A stretch of DNA of 63,857 bases, the filler included, from Hyphochytrium catenoides (Eukaryota > Protista > Hyphochytriomycota), in the NCBI GenBank assembly GCA_900088475.1. It is 4 parts of 4 records of this genome, joined end to end, with 100 filler letters (N's around TTAATTAATTAA, not from the genome) between each part and the next. Parts side by side here need not be neighbours in the genome. Positions count along the whole stretch, not along the records: positions 55,649 to 61,478 come from FLMG01004332.1; positions 61,579 to 63,857 come from FLMG01002984.1; 2 more parts are not named here. One strand, 5' to 3'. The position numbers and the translations under genes are program-made. Numbering within the stretch: the stretch's first letter is position 1; each line of letters begins with the position of its first letter. The notes beneath the pieces were generated by a model. That model was not told the DNA's origin, searched no databases, and saw only the letters and a program-made list of their open reading frames with translations. Shown piece by piece: positions 58,637 through 63,857 of the stretch.

Positions 58637-61029
58637 GTATTGGGGAGGGCATTGCACAGGGACTTCCTCCTCCCAAGGTCGTAGCGGCAGGGCGGCAGCG
58701 GCGATTCAGTCCCGCCGCCCCACGAATTGCTGGCACTACCAAGAAACACTGTATGATGAGTCAGAGTCAGAGTTGCCCCGACGCCGATGGCTGATATACC
58801 CATCTGCTGAGTTAGTTCTTCACCTTAGAGACAGCAACAGCGGCCAGATGTCAGATTGCTGTCGGAGGTAGGGGCAAGTCTTCGAGGACGATTTGTATCA
58901 AAGCGACACGATGAACACTCTCTTGCTGATGATCTACGTCATCTGCATTCGTCTCTCTCTCTTTTATCCCTCTGTGCCCCTTCTTCAGCTGCTCTTCCTA
59001 AGTTCCTCTCTATTGTCTCTTGCTCATCATTCTTCTGAGCCTCAAAAAATCCTCTGTTGTCTTATCTGTTTGTATAACCTAACGTCTCTGTTCTATGATT
59101 TCTCCACCCTCGTAGCTGCTACTCTTCTCTCTTCTCCATCTTGCGCTTCTTGTACCTCTCCCTTCTAAAGCTCTCCTCTCTTCCCTTTCCCTCTTTCCGC
59201 TCCTTTTTCACGGCTTTTCTCCCAGTCTCACTTGCTTTACGCTTTCCAAACTATCCTCAACGAGGTTCTATCTTTGTACAATCGGCAGTGTCGCATCATG
59301 CCTCTAGCAGCTGTTTTCGTACGCCGCCTCCGAGGTGCTGAGGAGAAAGCTGAGTAAGCCTTTTTCCTGCACAAATATTCAGGTCAGGACTACTAGTGGG
59401 AAACAGAAGAGATCACATCAGACCGCGGATACCATTCGAGAGCTAAAGCGAGAGGGATGCAATGTATGTGGCTTAATAGTAGGGAGTGCTGCGTGCCTTN
59501 NNNNNNNNNNNNNNNNNNNNNNNNNNNNNNNNNNNNNNNNNNNNNNNNNNNNNNNNNNNNNNNNNNNNNNNNNNNNNNNNNNNNNNNNNNNNNNNNNNNN
59601 NNNNNNNNNNNNNNNNNNNNNNNNNNNNNNNNNNNNNNNNNNNNNNNNNNNNNNNNNNNNNNNNNNNNNNNNNNNNNNNNNNNNNNNNNNNNNNNNNNNN
59701 NNNNNNNNNNNNNNNNNNNNNNNNNNNNNNNNNNNNNNNNNNNNNNNNNNNNNNNNNNNNNNNNNNNNNNNNNNNNNNNNNNNNCCCCCGCGACCCTTTT
59801 CTTATATGCATCGCAAACTGCTGCAAAGTTGAGTGCCTCCCATTCTGAAATTTCATCATCTTAGGCAGTCACAGCAGGTTCCAGGTGGCCGGCTAGGCTC
59901 GAGCCACCGCCAAGTTTGCTGTTCTCGTTGACAGCGGAAGTGGAGGGCGCAGCAAAGAGGGAATCTAGAGTAAAGTCTGCAACAACTTCTCAAGCCTAAG
60001 CTCCTTTATATGGATCCATCAGTCTGTTTTTCTCCATATTTGCCTCTCTCTTTCTGTTCCGCCTTGCTTTCTTACTTTGACTCTCTTTCTCTTCTCCCTA
60101 TTGTGCTGCTCTATATCTCCCTTTCCTCTTCAAATTGGCCCTCTGTCTTCCCTTTCCAGTCTTACCTGGTCTCTTCTCTATCTAGTGCTGGGTCTTTTCC
60201 TCTTTCTCTCTTCTTATCTCTTCACCATGACTGCCTTTCTTCTTACTCTTCCTCCTGCAGCAGGCCTTCTTCTTGCTTCTCCGTTCCCTTCTCCCTAGTT
60301 ATTTTATGTCGCTGTTCGCAGATTGACAGGCAGAGCACTAAGAGAGACACAGTCATTCAGTCAATTGACACATATTCATCATCAAGCCCCTTTGTTACAT
60401 GTACATCTAGACAGAGCTCCAGACATCATCAATATCTACCTCTGCTAAAGGTCGTCANNNNNNNNNNNNNNNNNNNNNNNNNNNNNNNNNNNNNNCATGC
60501 TCTCTCCCTCCTCGTTCAATGTCTCCGACCTTTTCCCTCCTCAGTCATGAACCTTCCTCCTCTATCCTCTCTCTCTCCCTGCTACTCTCCCAACCACTTT
60601 CAAAATGGCATCGCGCATACTCTTCCTAACTCAGCTCTGTCTTCTTTGTGATAGATTGACATAGAGCCAAGCACGAGATTCATGTCAGAATTGGGTTGCG
60701 CTCCCTGCGAAATTGATCAGGTAGAGTGAAGATGTAGAGAAGAAGGAGAGTAAAGATTTCTCTTCTCAGGTTGACTCGTCTCCCATCGCCTTCACCATGA
60801 CCCTCTCTCTCGTTGTGTCGTCTGTCTGCCTTTCTCTCTTTCTCGCTCTTTCCTTTCTCCTTCCTTGCCTCCCATTTCTTCCCGGACTTTCGTCTTTCCT
60901 CAGTGCCCCCTCCTTTTCGCTTTCTACACTCCTTAACTTTGTCTAGTTATACCCTGTTAATAGGAGCTATATGAACCATCGCTTTCCGCCTCAGCAGGTC
61001 TCACCAGGTGCCTCTTCTTCTTAAGATGC

Positions 61030-61060
<31 letters not shown>

Positions 61061-61478
61061 TATATCTATCTCTCTATATATATATTTGTTTGTCTCCTTC
61101 AGTGCACTCCGCCACTCCTTCTTTCATTTGCTCCCTCTTAATCTTGCACTCCTCCTCCTGGTGATCTCTTCTTGGTGCCTCTAAGTTCAATCTCCCTTGG
61201 TGTCTCTATCGCTTGGGGGGTTGATAGGTAATCTGTATGCTGTTGCATGTTTCAATTGTTCTGGATAGGCCCTCCATGTCCCACTTGCCTACTTCTTAGT
61301 GTTGTAACACTTGCTCTTTTTGTTGTCTTCGTGTCTTCTGCACTCTTTGGGTGGTTCTCTTAGCTTGATCTCCGCCTTGGCTCACTCTTACTCGGCTCTT
61401 CTCCGTATATATTGGTTCATTCAGGCCGGTTCCCATCTCCTTCAATTCGCCCTCTTGGCTACCCTTCCTTGTCCTAGT
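58637..61478 (+). CDS. Probable multi-exon gene of unknown function (gapped, structure unresolved)
   Basis: Pyrimidine-rich intron-like tracts on + flank short AG..GT-bounded segments, e.g. tag|ATTGACATAGAG..GATCAG|gtagag near 60655-60720 (IDIEPSTRFMSELGCAPCEIDQ). Two N gaps lie inside. Confidence 0.3.
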
Positions 61479-61578
61479 NNNNNNNNNNNNNNNNNNNNNN
61501 NNNNNNNNNNNNNNNNNNNNNNTTAATTAATTAANNNNNNNNNNNNNNNNNNNNNNNNNNNNNNNNNNNNNNNNNNNN
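61479..61578. other. Artificial assembly linker N44-TTAATTAATTAA-N44
   Basis: Identical 100-bp structure. Confidence 0.97.
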
Positions 61579-61706
61579 CACCGGCAGCTTCACTTCTCTG
61601 TGCCAGTGCCTGAGCATTGACAGAGAAAGAGTGGTGGATGAATAGAGGAGCTTCAGACGCTTTCATTCTCCCTTATTGGCGCTTTCCTTCCCCTTCCACG
61701 GTTCTT

Positions 61707-63857
61707 CTAGGGTTGAGCCTCTATCTGAAGCTTCTTAAGTTCGCCCGGGGTCACGTCGTAGGTCTCATTGCAGAAGTTGCAGGTCATGGAGGCTCCTCCT
61801 TCCTCGATGAGTGATCCTAGCTCGTCCTTCTCCATCTGAGCCAATTGCCTTACAAAGTTGTCTTTGGAGCAGCGGCAGTGATAGTCAATTGGTCTTGTTC
61901 TTAGAGAGTCCTTGTCCACAGTGAAGGGAGTGAGATCGCGCGTAAGAAAGGTTGGGATACCTTCCTTTGCGAAGGTGATAGAGAGGCTCGGCGCCTGCCA
62001 AGAGAGAGAGAGAGAACTGTAAACAGCAGCAGGGGCAGCTCTACTCCTCTCTCTTTCCTCTCCCTCTTTCTGTCTGTCTGTCTGTCTCTATCTCTCTCTT
62101 TGTCTCTCTCTCTCTCTCTCTGCCATACAGAGACAAAGCCCTTCGCCTATCTAGCGCCTTCACTCTCTGTTCGTGTCCACGAGCTAGGTCTGCAGCCAAA
62201 ACCCAAGGGCAGCGATCGTCTTCTCTCCCATCATATGCTTCACACTATCTTTGGCGCTTCGCTCCTCCCTCCTTGCAAGCAATATGGTCCCCCTGTCCTA
62301 GATCGGTTATCTCACCTCTGGTGATTGAAACAACGTCTTCACAGCCTCCACCTCCTCTCTTCCCCTAGAGGAGCCAGACGAGTCCGCCGCGGGCATCGCC
62401 TGCACCGTCAACCCGCCACAGAAGAGAACTGTACCTGTGGCTGGGTCTACTGCTGCCTCTGTGTGGACGAAAGAAGGAACTTGCTCGCTCTGGTCATAGA
62501 AGCGCTGCCAATCCTCTCGGGCTACGCCACACGCGGGTAGGGACGTTGCGTAGGGCTTGGCCAATCCATACAAGACTTTGGAGACCATCATAACACCTAG
62601 AGGACCGTAGCAGTGAGCGCGGATAACCCTGATTATGCGGCTGTACCGACTGGTCACTTTCTCTCTCTCTCTTTCTCTCCCTCTCTCTTTCTCTCATTCT
62701 CTTTCTCTCTCTCTGTCTCTTCACTGTGTCTTGACTTCTGGTGCTTTTCCTATCCCTTCTCGTCATCACTTATCAGCCTCTTCGATTCTAGCACTAAGCA
62801 TCATAAGACCTGTTCGGCTTACCTGATTGGAAGGCGGCCCGTAACCTCTCTTCATTGAGAACTTCTACGTCTACGTTGGTGGGAGAGACAAACCCTCTCG
62901 CCTAGCATTCAGACGTTGAGGAGGAAATAGCGCCAGGGAAAGGTACCAAAGAGAGTAGAGAGAGCTCCATATAGAGTACAACGTGAACAGAGAAGGAGAG
63001 AAGGAGAGCCTAGACTATAAGAAAGGGAAGGACAGACGAAAGGGAGAGAGAGAGAGAGCTCAAATAGTGCCCAAATAGTGACAAGAACGCTGTCAGAGTA
63101 GGCGAGCTAGGGGCAGCAAGGTAGAGAGACAGAAAGAGAGAGCTCTGCTATTAGGGTTTGAGGTACCTCTCCAACTTGAATTGTCTCTACATAGAGATCT
63201 TGGACGACTCCATCCCCGATGAGTTCACATTTGATCCTTTCCTCTCCTGAAGACATTATCCTTGTTTTAGCGACAGCATGGCGCGAGAGCAGGGTAGCGA
63301 GAGGGGGTGCAGCGAAAAGAAAGATGAAGAGAAAGAAAGAGCAGCAAGAGAAGAAAGAAAGAGGAAGGGACAGCAAGAGACAGCGATGTTCAAGATAGAG
63401 AAAGGGGACCATGGGGATGAGGGCTAACGACACTTAGCCCCAGACAGCTTGAAGAACGCGATGAGGACCAGAGATTGGAAGACGATTTACCTTTGAAAAA
63501 GCTGTTGTACATCACAGTCCCTGCCATATACTCGCCCCACATTTTTGCCGCCATTGGGGAGAGCGACCACCGCCTTTGCGCTTCTCTTGCTGTGTTAGTG
63601 CACCTGTGTCCACATACATGGCACCGCTTTTAGAGAGAGTAGTCGCATGCATTGTCAAGATATAGAGAGCCGCTTTTTGTGAGAGAGGATGCCTCGCAGA
63701 TGACGAGTCGTCTTAGCCATATTTCAAGGTAGTTCGTTACCTGGCGGCTACAATGCGACAATCTCCTGCGTGGGTTGAGACGAGCTGATCGAACTCCAGG
63801 AGCTTCTGCCCTTCTATTCGCTCTAGGAGTCTCTTCTTCCTCTCATCCAGTGATGCG
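61707..63857 (-). CDS. hslO: Hsp33 (HslO) redox-regulated chaperone, multi-exon, 5' end beyond window
   Basis: Exons read DQLVSTHAGDCRIVAAR|CTNTAREAQRRWSLSPMAAKMWGEYMAGTVM..FFK|GEERIKCELIGDGVVQDLYVE..GE|V.G, then FYDQSEQVPS..GGLTVQAMP. The C-terminal Zn switch reads YHCRCSK..MTCNFCNETY (CxC..CxxC). Stop TAG 61709-7. Confidence 0.9.

Overview
Eukaryotic, intron-rich draft-assembly DNA (short GT-AG introns, abundant (GA)n/(TC)n tracts, N gaps, three artificial 100-bp N44-TTAATTAATTAA-N44 linkers). It is probably a protist; the MYB motif and WRKY19-like zinc fingers suggest a stramenopile (inference). Well-supported genes: SUMO E1 subunit UBA2 (-); a convergent pair of MYB factors (SHAQKYF-type on +, R2R3-type on -), both with C-terminal Cx4Cx9-10Cx2H fingers; two tandem paralogous DUF2306-like membrane proteins; an intronless circularly permuted ATP-grasp ligase; tRNA-Cys(GCA); a caspase-fold + FN3 protein with both catalytic residues substituted; an AN1 zinc-finger protein; tRNA-Arg(CCG); an intronless bacterial-type NADP(H) oxidoreductase (F420_oxidored family); two tandem acireductone dioxygenase genes with gene-conversion-like identity tracts; and a 5'-truncated Hsp33. 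Long intergenic tracts look like decayed coding or mobile DNA with a visible TpA/TAG/CTA excess. Best leads: the permuted ATP-grasp ligase with its membrane-protein neighbours, the pseudo-caspase-FN3 protein, and a possible RIP-like or CWG-methylation decay process. All family assignments are from motif recognition by eye; no database searches were run.
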